Shown: positions 50,001 to 58,611, counted from the stretch's first letter. The stretch: DNA of 64,000 nt from Bradymonadia bacterium (GCA_046290225.1 JBKAGE010000070.1:96001-160000); one strand, 5' to 3'. The notes: generated by a model not told the origin, from the sequence alone. A program made the numbers and translations.

Positions 50001-50514
50001 CGATGCCGAAGTCGAGCAGCTGCACCCTGCCGGTGGTGTCCACGAGAATATTTGAGGGCTTGATGTCGCTGTGGACTCGACCGTGCTCGTGTAGATAGGC
50101 CAGCGCCATCAACAGCTGAATGAAGGTGTCGCGCAGGCGCTGAATACGGCCTGGATGCACCAGCGCCTGCTGGAGCATGTGTGGATCGGCAGGCAACCCC
50201 TGGGGGCCATCGATGTATCGAGTGAGATCGGTGCCTTCCACCAGATCCATCGTGTAGAAATAGCGGCCGTCTTCCAGGTGCAGATCGTAGAGCTGCACGA
50301 GGTTGTGGTGGCTCAACCGGGCGATGGCCCGGAACTCTCGCTTGAAGTAGCGCAGCGCTTGAGGCCAGTGGGCCTGGAGCACCTTCAGGGCCAGCTCTCG
50401 ACGACGCACCGGGTCGAAGACGCGGTACACCTCACCCATACCCCCACCGCCGATGGCGTCGCGGATCTCGTAGCGACCGATCGTCGAAGGAACGGGTGCG
50501 GATTGTCCTTCCAT
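47020..50514 (-). CDS. Ser/Thr protein kinase with AAA-type ATPase and helical/TPR-like C-terminus
   Basis: IGGGGMGEVY, ALK, HSDIKPSN, DFG, YMSPEQ, SDLYAAG; FVGR, GTPGAGRT, MIDDLH, SEGNP. Confidence 0.9.
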   Translation of the reverse strand: MEGQSAPVPSTIGRYEIRDAIGGGGMGEVYRVFDPVRRRELALKVLQAHWPQALRYFKREFRAIARLSHHNLVQLYDLHLEDGRYFYTMDLVEGTDLTRYIDGPQGLPADPHMLQQALVHPGRIQRLRDTFIQLLMALAYLHEHGRVHSDIKPSNILVDTTGRVQLLDFGIVRELNEVHPGEPQPSQVFGTAIYMSPEQSIGSTKITPASDLYAAGVVLYEMLAGQPPFYGDDDNEILVMHHRKDPPSLRERAPGLPNDLDRLCMALLSKAPEARPGAREAIEMLGGEVEAEISADSFEFVGRRTLRKTLISTVESIRSAQAGQVVFVEGTPGAGRTALLKAFAAEAKLYGAAAVMGACVQRDHVPARGLDTVVERLAEGYRRQASELIRQLPAGQRGRLIEVFPFLTDLLPEDLPLSPPGAEPDEGAAALALKTLIAGLARDRLLIVMIDDLHFADPLTVQLVEALQQDIRRMPIMLLLSVDGTRVTPAVQALMEMAEVSEAGHHLVLDPLSLVETEAMLGGALGEEPAPTVIQQLHEESEGNPYYLSELVRFLKRYPGQSSAHVSLEQLLRNEIVSLDGPGRRVMAAVSLSPFPVPSAVLEHATELPPSRLYEAIDRMAAMAMLHVESREGGLVLRMPHQRLKQVAQEALSPALKAQVHRLLAEAYSAVGGPVEAVSFHFDAAGTSERAAEFALQASQESERRAQPERTAEWLNLVLEQPPEGVDVEQVRSRLVAALTEIGRYEDAAQALEPLVAHQKGHERDRWMARQLELHLMAGHLKVVAPRLDQVTDADARVRLADLLTPLDPIRAGEMLGQADSPFARLVRARLLSGENRQRSVSRAARLLKKAQEGADRLQGAEARAYVAAQALSEVSVRQAEGRLDEALRGLELLLSNDTHGMTAYDLNAYRVRLAQGVLALQLGRLPQARELARSLLREARGRKLYGGLAQACTLMANVHMAAGAPLLAARLLDEGEAVWSDAPAAQPQVWLSLARARLALHEGAPELAIRTLRALRDDGALEPMVARREPAGEVILLMARAHAVMALQAWRRGEKAVTSAARGQLVDMLRPLRRAVPTPESWLEILTACGELVSDGAKRVTTRLANFTDNTQNPVVQALALGVLGVARDTIKAGDGATDRLRAEAMLSTVGAAAPPELVALNG

Positions 50515-50650
50515 GTCACCTGCGTGGGTCGAGGGGCCATTCACGTGCCAGCTCCGATGTTCGACCCTTCGTTCGACCTCTCGGCGGCCAGCTGCTCGAT
50601 GTTTTCTAGTATCACAAGAGCACATGACCGGGGGCAGGTTATTCCACGCC

Positions 50651-51064
50651 TCATGGGGCGGTGTCCTGACTCAGCTCATATGCGGGGCCACCCTGGGTGT
50701 GCTTGAAGCGCAGGCGACCTTCAGGTGTGAGGTGATAGACCAGCTCCCCAGCAGGCTCTCCTTCTTCGGTGAGCAGCTTGATGCGATTGGCCCCTTTAAA
50801 GGCATATCGGCCCGCAGCGCGGCGGGTCTTGCACGGCGGCAGCTCACAGGGCAGCGGCTGCTCCCAGTCGTACCAGCCCTTCGGATGCAACATGAGGCTG
50901 TGGCGCTCACCCACCCAGCGCCCGATGGGGTTCTCTTGCGCCCCCTCCAAGCCCTGTGTGCCCTCGCCGCTCGCAGCAGTCTGACCCCCACCACACCCGG
51001 CGAGGGTCATCGCCCCAGCAAAGACGAACCACGTGAGCGCGCGTGCTCCATAAAATACGTTCAT
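50651..51064 (-). CDS. small hypothetical lipoprotein
   Basis: Lipobox LAGC; IGRW, PCELPPC; start uncertain. Confidence 0.55.
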   Translation of the reverse strand: MNVFYGARALTWFVFAGAMTLAGCGGGQTAASGEGTQGLEGAQENPIGRWVGERHSLMLHPKGWYDWEQPLPCELPPCKTRRAAGRYAFKGANRIKLLTEEGEPAGELVYHLTPEGRLRFKHTQGGPAYELSQDTAP

Positions 51065-51419
51065 TGGTGCAACCACCTTCGACAGTCTGCGTCTCTCAGA
51101 CAGCACGTCAGCTCGCACCCGACGTGCTGTGCGTGGGGTTGGGACATTCATGATCAACGCCGTTGATCATCGACAATCTTTCGAGCGCGATGGAACATCA
51201 GCTCCGACTCGCCACTCCTCCCCCCGATGCTTCATTGAGCCCGATGGTGGTGTCGATGTCCCGTCCCCGCGCCTTCTCCCTCTCTGATGCGACATCATGG
51301 CCTCGTGTCGACTGACTGCACCTGATGCACACAACGTCACACATTGTAGTTTGGCATCAAAGTCATGACAACCCCGGAGAACATCGCGCTTTGTGGTCAA
51401 TCACGGTAATCAAAGAACC

Positions 51420-52418
51420 ATGAGTACGACGTTGCATCGACGCCCTGCCCGTTCGATCACCGAATTCATGGGGATGGCCACTGTCTCCCCTCAAATGTTG
51501 GAGTTCTTCGAACTGCTCAAGCGGGTGGCTCGAACCGACGCATCAATCCTCATCCGAGGCGAGACGGGCACCGGTAAAGAGCTGGTCGCCCGGGCGCTGC
51601 ATCGACTCGGGCCGCGCCACAAGGCGCCCTTCAAGGCCCTCAACTGCGCCACCCTCACCCCGGAGCTGCTCGCCAGCGAGCTGTTCGGTCATGTTCGGGG
51701 GGCCTTCACCGGGGCCTACCGCGATCGACAGGGCCTCTTCGCCCTCGCCCACAAAGGGAGCGTGTTTCTCGACGAAATCGCCGAGCTGCCCCTCGAGCTC
51801 CAGGCCCGGCTGCTCCGCGTGCTGCAAGAGAAGAGCTTCACCCCCGTGGGCGGCGCCGAGGCGATTCAGGTCGACGTGCGGGTGCTCTCGGCCACCCACC
51901 GCGCGTTGCGTGAAGAGGTGGCTCAGCGTCGGTTCCGAGAAGACTTGATGTACCGCGTGCGGGTGGTGCCTCTGTTCCTGCCCCGACTCGCCGATCGTAC
52001 AGGCGACATCGAGGCGCTCACGTGGCACTTCATCGACCGCTTCAATCAACCCACCCCTGGATCAGGCTTCCACGGTGATCGTGTCATCGACGCCATTGAC
52101 GACGATGCCCTGTCGGCCCTGCTCAGTTACGACTGGCCAGGCAACATTCGCGAGCTGCGAAATGTCGTGGAGCACGCCTTCGCCGTCGGTGAGGGGCCAG
52201 TGCTCAGCCTGGGAGATCTCACCCCGGAGCTGCGAGGCGAGCCACCCCCCATCGGGCACCGCGAGCCCCTCAACGCCGCAGAGTTGGAGCGGGCGCAGCT
52301 GCTCAGCGCCCTGAGAGAAGCCCGAGGTCGAAAGGCCCGGGCAGCGGAGATTCTCGGCATCAGCCGCTCGACGCTCTGGCGCAAGCTCAGAGAGCACCGC
52401 ATCGAGCCGGCGAAGTAG
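51420..52418 (+). CDS. sigma54 enhancer-binding protein lacking an N-terminal sensory domain
   Basis: [43 protein letters not shown], Fis HTH; only about 20 residues precede the AAA+ domain. Confidence 0.92.
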   Translation: MSTTLHRRPARSITEFMGMATVSPQMLEFFELLKRVARTDASILIRGETGTGKELVARALHRLGPRHKAPFKALNCATLTPELLASELFGHVRGAFTGAYRDRQGLFALAHKGSVFLDEIAELPLELQARLLRVLQEKSFTPVGGAEAIQVDVRVLSATHRALREEVAQRRFREDLMYRVRVVPLFLPRLADRTGDIEALTWHFIDRFNQPTPGSGFHGDRVIDAIDDDALSALLSYDWPGNIRELRNVVEHAFAVGEGPVLSLGDLTPELRGEPPPIGHREPLNAAELERAQLLSALREARGRKARAAEILGISRSTLWRKLREHRIEPAK

Positions 52419-52424
52419 CCTGAC

Positions 52425-53306
52425 TCATCGCGCCTCGGGATCCTGAGCGAACAGGTTCAAAGGCACCTTGATGTAGCGCATCTCATTGGCCTCGGCCTTG
52501 GGCAGATGCCCAGCGTCCACGTTCACCTGCACACTGGGGAACAGCAGGTTCGGCGCCTTGAGCGTCTTGTCCCGAGCTTCGCGAAAGCCGACGTAGTCAG
52601 GTTCACTGGTGATGGCCTTCAGCTGAATATTGCTCGCCTTGCTCTCGCCGATGGTGGTCTCCCAGGCCACCTCTCGACCACCGGGCATGTAGTCGTGGCC
52701 CACGAAGACCCGGGTCTCGTTGGGCAAGGTGTAGAGGCGCTCGCTGATGGAGTGATACAGCGCCGTCGCGCTCCCTGAGGGGAAATCACAGCGACCCGTG
52801 CCGTAGTCGGGCATGAACAGGGCGTCGCCGGTGAAGACCGCGTCACCGATCAAGAACGAGGCGCATGCGGGTGTGTGGCCAGGTGTAAACAGGGTCTTGA
52901 TCTTCAGGCTGCCTGCCTCCACCACCTCGTCGTCGTCGAGCAGTCGGTCGAACTGACTGCCATCGACGGCGAAGTGATCTGGCAGGTTGAAGATGTGCTT
53001 AAAAACCTTCTGCACCTCTGTGATCCGAGCGCCGATGGCCACGAGCGTGCCTGGAAAGCGACCTTTGAGGCGTTGAGCACCGCTGAGATGATCAGCGTGG
53101 GCGTGGGTCTCGAGCACATAGTGCAGATGCAAACCCTCGCCCTCGAGGAAGCGGGTCAACAGGTCGAGGGACTCGCTGTAGGTTCGAGAGGCGCGTGGGT
53201 CGTAATCGAGGACTGGGTCGATCACCACAGCGTCACGGGTCGACACATCGTAGACCACATAGGTCACGGTAAAAGTGCGCTCGTCGAAGAAAGCTTTAAT
53301 CTCCAT
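52425..53306 (-). CDS. persulfide dioxygenase (ETHE1/Blh-type MBL fold)
   Basis: [59 protein letters not shown]. Confidence 0.88.
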   Translation of the reverse strand: MEIKAFFDERTFTVTYVVYDVSTRDAVVIDPVLDYDPRASRTYSESLDLLTRFLEGEGLHLHYVLETHAHADHLSGAQRLKGRFPGTLVAIGARITEVQKVFKHIFNLPDHFAVDGSQFDRLLDDDEVVEAGSLKIKTLFTPGHTPACASFLIGDAVFTGDALFMPDYGTGRCDFPSGSATALYHSISERLYTLPNETRVFVGHDYMPGGREVAWETTIGESKASNIQLKAITSEPDYVGFREARDKTLKAPNLLFPSVQVNVDAGHLPKAEANEMRYIKVPLNLFAQDPEAR

Positions 53307-53439
53307 GGTCAACTCCTCGAAGGTGGACGTTGCTTTGATACACATGTCCTGTGCCACCTCAGGATGCTCTGAAGCACTCCACCAGATGGTTGGACAAGGT
53401 GAGCATTGAAGGACGGTCAGGGCAGCCTGCGGCTCTGGC

Positions 53440-53916
53440 TCAAACGCTTGAGGCCTGGCTCACGGCAGTCTCGGCAGAATGCGTACCAGCGCGACGCCGG
53501 GCTCTGGCCCAGTCGACAAGCTTGAACGCGTACATCCCTCCAAGCATGGCGCCGAGGAACACCAGCAAACCCGAGGTCGCCGTAGAGGTCGAGGCGATGG
53601 CTGGCCCGGGGCAGTAGCCACCGAGGCCCCACCCAACGCCAAAGAGCGCAGCGCCACCGAGCAGGCGGCCATCGACGTCATTGCGGGTGGGCAGATGAAA
53701 ACGGCCCGCGAGCACAGGCTGGCCTCGCCGCCAGATCAATCTGAAGAGCACAAAGGTCACCATGACGGCCCCACCCATCACAAAGACGAGGCTGGGATCC
53801 CAGGTGCCGGTGAAATCGAGAAACCCGATGACTTTTGCGGGCTCGGTCATGCCCGAGAGGGCGAGTCCCACAGCGAAGACCACGCCAGCGACGAAGGCGA
53901 CGAGAGGCTGCTTCAC
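53440..53916 (-). CDS. YeeE/YedE (DUF6691-type) sulfur transporter subunit
   Basis: [41 protein letters not shown] start overlapping the upstream stop. Confidence 0.88.
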   Translation of the reverse strand: MKQPLVAFVAGVVFAVGLALSGMTEPAKVIGFLDFTGTWDPSLVFVMGGAVMVTFVLFRLIWRRGQPVLAGRFHLPTRNDVDGRLLGGAALFGVGWGLGGYCPGPAIASTSTATSGLLVFLGAMLGGMYAFKLVDWARARRRAGTHSAETAVSQASSV

Positions 53917-54344
53917 ACCACACCTCCCATCAGGTGATTGACGACGAAGACGGTGATGGCGCCCGTGGCCATGAAGGTCATGGTGGCCACGATCGATCGG
54001 GTGGAAAGCCGGCTGATGCCGCATACGCCGTGGCCGCTGGTGCAGCCACTGCCCAAGCGGGTGCCGAAGCCCACGAGCAAGCCTGCCCCGGCGAGAGCGA
54101 CGTAGGATCGATCGATCTCGACGACGAACCGCTCTGGCTGAAGCGCGAACATGAGCGCGCCACCCGCGAGAAGGCCCACGACGAACACGGCCCGCCAGGC
54201 AGTGTCGCCACGGGCGGGGCTCAGCACGCCGCCGACAATGCCGCTGATCCCGGTGATGCGGCCGTTGAAGAGCATGATCATGGCCGCTGACAATCCGATG
54301 AGGATGCCGCCGATGGTGGGCCATATGGGGTCGAATTCAGCCAT
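53913..54344 (-). CDS. YeeE/YedE sulfur transporter subunit
   Basis: [52 protein letters not shown]. Confidence 0.9.
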   Translation of the reverse strand: MAEFDPIWPTIGGILIGLSAAMIMLFNGRITGISGIVGGVLSPARGDTAWRAVFVVGLLAGGALMFALQPERFVVEIDRSYVALAGAGLLVGFGTRLGSGCTSGHGVCGISRLSTRSIVATMTFMATGAITVFVVNHLMGGVV

Positions 54345-54420
54345 GGCTCGTCTCCTGAGCACTCCACATGAGTCTGCGCCCTCTAAGGATGCCTCTGTGC
54401 CGCCCGAAGGCTCAAAGCAT

Positions 54421-54450
54421 CCTTTGATTATATTCAAAGGGCCCTTTGAA
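54421..54450. repeat. overlapping palindromes in the 5' leader of the sulfur operon
   Basis: CCTTTGA-TTATAT-TCAAAGG (54421-54440) and perfect TTCAAAGGGCCCTTTGAA (54433-54450). Confidence 0.65.
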
Positions 54451-54466
54451 GGACTTTCTGAGGATT

Positions 54467-54482
54467 GGCAACTGGCGTGCCA
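54467..54482 (-). promoter_or_regulatory. sigma54 promoter of the yeeE/yedE-persulfide dioxygenase operon
   Basis: Minus strand TGGCAC-GCCAG-TTGC(C), matching the TGGCACG-N4-TTGC consensus. Confidence 0.82.
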
Positions 54483-54536
54483 GAAGGCAGAGCACCAGAA
54501 CACGAGGGGGTGCTCGAGGATCTACGAGGAACAGCC

Positions 54537-54557
54537 CGACAACGTTTCAACGTGTCG
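54537..54557. promoter_or_regulatory. candidate upstream activator sequence
   Basis: Imperfect palindrome CGACA-ACGTT-TC-AACG-TGTCG about 55-75 bp upstream of the -24 element. Confidence 0.4.
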
Positions 54558-54561
54558 CGCC

Positions 54562-55425
54562 TTACTGTGACGCCACCAACGTCAGATTCATCTGTCGCCA
54601 CGCGCGGTGTGCCGCCTGTCGCCAGGCAGAAGACTCGAAGTATCCGTGCAAGTGCTTGGAGAACGGGACGAGCTGCTCTCGGGGCGGCCACTCGATCACC
54701 TCACCGGTCTTCACATCTCGCACCCGCCCCTCTTCGAGGCCCCAGGCCACCTCGGCGAGCGGATGGTCTTCGAGCAGCCGCAGCAGGGCCATGAACCTGC
54801 CCTGCATATGTGGATCGATGAAGTGGGCGCGGCGACCATAGAAGGCTGCGTTGTGAAAATACTGAGGCACTTCGAGGAGGCCATCGAAGTTCAGCCGCTG
54901 CCCGGCGATGGACAACAACAAGAACACCTCTTCCCCGAGGCCACTGCCAGGATGAGTCTGCCCGGGCAGCTGGGGTCGCTGAGGGGTGAATTGTCCTCGA
55001 GGATCTTCGAGCTCGAGCCACTCGACGTACAACAGCTGGAACGATCGATGCCGCTGCAGCTCAGCGATGCATGGGTCTTCAGCACCGGCGACCTTGCGCA
55101 GCACGCAGTCACAGATGCTCTCACCATCGGCGAAGAACCTGAGCCGGTGGGCGAACTCCTCGAGGTTGAACTCCACCCTGAAGTCGGCGTAGCCCCTGCC
55201 CCGCAGCTCGTCGAGCAGCCCGTAGGCTTCATAGGCAGCGAGCACCCCGGACTCGCTGTAGAAGCCCAGCAGGCGGTTGTCACCGGCGCCGCTGAGCTGG
55301 CCATAGATGATGTCTTCGAGATCGTCGAAGTCGTCGCCCTCTCCGCTGAGCACGGAAGGGTCGAGGGATCGAGCGATGGTCTGGAACCGATCCTCGAGGG
55401 CCTTGAGCTTGCGTGCCCTGCTCAT
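54562..55425 (-). CDS. hypothetical protein resembling the C-terminal domain of myxobacterial histone-deacetylase-family proteins
   Basis: LLGFYS..G...A.E.YG, LYVEWLEL.DPR..F...RP.LPGQ.HPG.GL, DGL..VP.YFH; the true start is ATG 55425, the longer ORF-track call being a shadow extension. Confidence 0.65.
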   Translation of the reverse strand: MSRARKLKALEDRFQTIARSLDPSVLSGEGDDFDDLEDIIYGQLSGAGDNRLLGFYSESGVLAAYEAYGLLDELRGRGYADFRVEFNLEEFAHRLRFFADGESICDCVLRKVAGAEDPCIAELQRHRSFQLLYVEWLELEDPRGQFTPQRPQLPGQTHPGSGLGEEVFLLLSIAGQRLNFDGLLEVPQYFHNAAFYGRRAHFIDPHMQGRFMALLRLLEDHPLAEVAWGLEEGRVRDVKTGEVIEWPPREQLVPFSKHLHGYFESSAWRQAAHRAWRQMNLTLVASQ

Positions 55426-56840
55426 CACTCGTTGAGCACGCAGACGTTGGCCATGCCGCCGTTCCCATCGGGAATGGCGTTGCAACTGTAATCTTCGGGA
55501 CAGCCCTGGGCGTTGGCGCAGAAGGCGGTGCACGCGGACAAGTTGGGGCGCTCGTCGTTGTAGAGACACGCGCCGGTGAGGCACTGATCGGCCCCCTGCT
55601 GGCCGCCGACGTTGCACTTGTAGCCGGCGAGGGGTACGCAGGCGCCGCCATTGCCGTCGTTGAAGTCGTTGCAGGCAAAGCCCCGGGGGCACTGGGCGCT
55701 GGTCTGGCAGGTGCACGAGCAGAAGCCATTGCCACCAGGCTGCTGCACGTAGGCGACGCAGCCACCATTGCCGCCACCGGGGCAGACACCGGCGCAGGCG
55801 GCGTTGTTGCCTTGCGGGCAGACCCGAACGTCGACGTTGGGGGCGCAGAGGTTCTGCATGCCGTTGTCGGTGTTCACTGGCAGACATCGATAGCCCTGCG
55901 GGCACTTGAAGTCGTTCTCGCACGGGGCCGAGCACACCGGCGGTGGCGTGAACCAGCTGAGCTCGGTGCTGCCGGGTACCTGCAAACAGAACCCGGAGAC
56001 GCACACATCGCCGGGGCCACCACATGGCAATCCGGTGTCGTTCGGGAAGCACACATTGACGATGCCGCCCTCGGGGCTCTGAGCGCCCAGGCACAGATCG
56101 GTCCCGGGACAGCTGTTGGCGTTGGCACACCCGATGGTGCACTGACGCTGGCCAGTACGCTTGTTCTCGACGCAGAAGCCGCTCTCGCACTGGGCGGCCC
56201 CGTCGCAGCGATCGCCATACTGGCCGTCGCCCATCATCATGCCGCCCATGGGCTCACCGCCCATGCCGCCCTGAGGCACACCGCCCATACCACCGGCACC
56301 GCCATCGCCACCCTGGGGCACACCGCCCATGCCGCCATCACCGCCCATGCCCCCTTGGGGCACGCCGCCGGCGCCGCCCTGGCCGCCCTCGCCGCCAGTG
56401 CACAGGTTGTCGACACAGCGCTCACCGTCTTCGCAGTCGCGGTCGATGCGGCACTCGAGGGCACACTCATTGTCGATGCACAGCAGGGGGAGCGGGCACT
56501 CGGCGTTGCGACGACAGGCCATGCCCACGCCACCACCGGCGCCGCCAGCGCCGCTCATGCCTCCAGCACCCCCCTGACCGCCTACAGGTGTCGAAGCGTC
56601 TCGGCCGATGGGATCGGACTGGCAACGGCTCTCGATGCAGCGACTGCCCCGGGTGCAGTCGTCATCGATGCGGCACTCAAGGGCACAGGCGCCGTCGACG
56701 CACACCTCGGGCAGCGGACAGTCCTGGTTGCGGACACACCCGCCACCGCTCGCGCTGTCGTCGCACCCCATCACAGGCAGCAACACTACGCTCAAAGCCA
56801 CGGCCCACAGGGCGACCTTCCAGTTGGGGGCGTCGTTCAA
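55425..56840 (-). CDS. Cys-rich lipoprotein with Gly/Met linker and repeated CxxxxDC modules
   Basis: Lipobox VMGC-DD; duplicated ECRIDxDC units; GGVPQGGMGG repeats; many CxSGFC / CPxGYxC modules. Confidence 0.82.
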   Translation of the reverse strand: MNDAPNWKVALWAVALSVVLLPVMGCDDSASGGGCVRNQDCPLPEVCVDGACALECRIDDDCTRGSRCIESRCQSDPIGRDASTPVGGQGGAGGMSGAGGAGGGVGMACRRNAECPLPLLCIDNECALECRIDRDCEDGERCVDNLCTGGEGGQGGAGGVPQGGMGGDGGMGGVPQGGDGGAGGMGGVPQGGMGGEPMGGMMMGDGQYGDRCDGAAQCESGFCVENKRTGQRQCTIGCANANSCPGTDLCLGAQSPEGGIVNVCFPNDTGLPCGGPGDVCVSGFCLQVPGSTELSWFTPPPVCSAPCENDFKCPQGYRCLPVNTDNGMQNLCAPNVDVRVCPQGNNAACAGVCPGGGNGGCVAYVQQPGGNGFCSCTCQTSAQCPRGFACNDFNDGNGGACVPLAGYKCNVGGQQGADQCLTGACLYNDERPNLSACTAFCANAQGCPEDYSCNAIPDGNGGMANVCVLNE

Positions 56841-56897
56841 GGCTGATCCTCTTCGATGAAATGCGAGCGCTACTCTAGCAGTGATCTCCCGAGCGGT

Positions 56898-57842
56898 TCA
56901 CCATCGGCGACCGAGAGGGCGGATCCCCGCGAGATCTGCGGGCCACGGGCTGTGGAACTCCAGGGTCTCTCCGGTCATGGGGTGCCGCAAGGACATATGA
57001 GCGGCGTGCAGGGCCACCCGAGGGGCACCGTCGATGCGACCATAGACCCGCTCGCCGAGGATGGGGTGGCCGATCTCGGAAAGGTGAATTCGGATCTGAT
57101 GGGTCCTGCCCGTGGCGAGCCTCACCTCGAGGGCGGCCCGCTTCTGTTGCATGTCGGTGGCGTCGGTCTGGTACCGGGTGATGCCCAGCTTGCCCGATCC
57201 GGGCATGGGCCCCGGATCCGGGTCGTCGATGTGACGCACCCTCAACGAGTTGGGCCGGGATCCCTTCCGGCCGGTGCCCGTGTCGCCGATGAGCATGCTG
57301 GTGATGAGGGCGCTCTTGCGCTCGGGGATCCCCCGCACGACGCATCGATAGGTCCGGGTGATCTCGTGGGCGTCGAACATGGCCCGAAGCCGCCGGGCGG
57401 GCTCGGTGCCTCGGGCGAAGAGCAACAACCCCGAGGTGGTCTTGTCGAGCCGATGCACCACCTTGGGCCCCTGGCCCCGACCACCATGCTTACGGCACAA
57501 GGTGCCTGCGGCGTGCAGCGCGGTCTTCTCGTCGCTGTTGGGAATGGGCGCCGACAGCAGCCCTGCGGGCTTGTCGATGATGATCAAGTGGGGATCCCGA
57601 TGCACGAGGGTGACACCGAGAGGCTCGGTCCGGGAAGGGTTGGGGGCGTTCCACTCGACGCTGATCGAGTCACCAGGGGCCACGGGGTGGCTGCCGTCGA
57701 GCACCCGCTTGCCCTTGAGCCGGACCTTGCCGGTGCGCACGCACTCCCTGGCCTTGTTGTTGGAGATCTCGGCGCCGATCTTCACCTCGGCGTCGAGGCG
57801 CCCCCCTCGGCCTTCGGGGACCTGCCACTGTGTAATGTCCAT
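56898..57842 (-). CDS. RluA/RluD-family pseudouridine synthase with S4-like domain
   Basis: GRLD, IDKPAGL, VHRLDKTTSGLL, TGRTHQIRIHL, GHPILGE, LHA. Confidence 0.92.
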   Translation of the reverse strand: MDITQWQVPEGRGGRLDAEVKIGAEISNNKARECVRTGKVRLKGKRVLDGSHPVAPGDSISVEWNAPNPSRTEPLGVTLVHRDPHLIIIDKPAGLLSAPIPNSDEKTALHAAGTLCRKHGGRGQGPKVVHRLDKTTSGLLLFARGTEPARRLRAMFDAHEITRTYRCVVRGIPERKSALITSMLIGDTGTGRKGSRPNSLRVRHIDDPDPGPMPGSGKLGITRYQTDATDMQQKRAALEVRLATGRTHQIRIHLSEIGHPILGERVYGRIDGAPRVALHAAHMSLRHPMTGETLEFHSPWPADLAGIRPLGRRW

Positions 57843-58016
57843 GTGATCTCCTGATCTCCACCGTTCGGTGAGGATTTTCCTGTGACTTTCGCCCTGCTGA
57901 CTTGTCTGAGCGCAGGGTGTTTGTTTCATCGGGCGAGGCTGCTATGTAGCAACCGCTGCCCTCTGACAGCGCGCTGAAGCACTGGGGCTTCGGCGGTTTA
58001 TATACGGAGAATCGAG

Positions 58017-58286
58017 ATGTCCAGCTACTACAAGACCATCGACGGTGTGAAGTACGACAAGAGCCTGCTCGAGGCCGCTGACGAAGCGGTGGCCGGCCGC
58101 GGCGACGGCCGCATCTCCCTGGCCGACGCCGAGAAGCTCCTCGCCGAGGTGAAGGACGGCAACAGCTACACCGACATCGAGAAGGTGACGGTGAAGTACA
58201 TCCGCGAGAACTACAAGTGGACCGACGAGGCCGACAAGTGGTTCCGCACCGAAATCAACAAGTGGAACCTGCAGGGGCACTCTTGA
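58017..58286 (+). CDS. small conserved-type hypothetical protein (89 aa) with EF-hand-like DGRISxxDA motif
   Basis: GGAG SD; nearly all codons end in G/C; YYKTIDGVKYD..LL and GDGRISLADAEKL. Confidence 0.8.
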   Translation: MSSYYKTIDGVKYDKSLLEAADEAVAGRGDGRISLADAEKLLAEVKDGNSYTDIEKVTVKYIRENYKWTDEADKWFRTEINKWNLQGHS

Positions 58287-58302
58287 GGCTCCGAGGCTCC
58301 AG

Positions 58303-58452
58303 CTCCGTTCGCGGTCGACTGCGGCGCGATGCGCAGCGTCTGGCCGGCGCTTCCCTCCTCGACGATGCTTCCAGCATCGCCTGCGGGTGAATCACCACCC
58401 AGCCACTACACCTCACAAAGGCATGTGCCGACGCAGTCGACCGCGACCGGGG
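58303..58452. other. structured intergenic element (long closing stem + three internal hairpins), possible ncRNA or miniature inverted-repeat element
   Basis: Perfect 15-bp inverted repeat TCGCGGTCGACTGCG (58309-58323) / CGCAGTCGACCGCGA (58432-58446); internal hairpins at 58335-58351, 58363-58379 and 58385-58400. Confidence 0.5.
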
Positions 58453-58595
58453 CCTCCGCCTCTCCGCGGGGCTCGCCTGATGTGGGTTTGGGTGGTGTTT
58501 TCGACGAGAGATTTCTGGACACTTTTGTGACCACTGGCGGGTCCGCTGGTCATGGCACGCCTCGTATTTTCAACACATTAGAGACTTCTGGTGTA

Positions 58596-58611
58596 TGGCA
58601 CGACCTGTGCT
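58596..58611 (+). promoter_or_regulatory. candidate sigma54 promoter with nearby IHF-like site
   Basis: TGGCAC-GACCT-GTGCT, 50 nt upstream of ATG 58661; TTTCAACACATTA (58568-58580) resembles WATCAA-N4-TTR. Confidence 0.65.

Noticed and set aside
53342..53356. Internal sigma54 promoter before the persulfide dioxygenase (TGGCACAGGACATGT, minus strand)
   Set aside because: Good -24 element but the -12 dinucleotide is GT, not GC; too weak to list.
58303..58452. Retron msr-msd interpretation of the structured element
   Set aside because: No reverse transcriptase gene is adjacent or anywhere in the window, and there is no long msd hairpin.
58553..58568. Second TGGCACG upstream of the PPC lipoprotein (similar TTGGCAT at 38995 and 51351)
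   Set aside because: No GC at the -12 position with N10 spacing.
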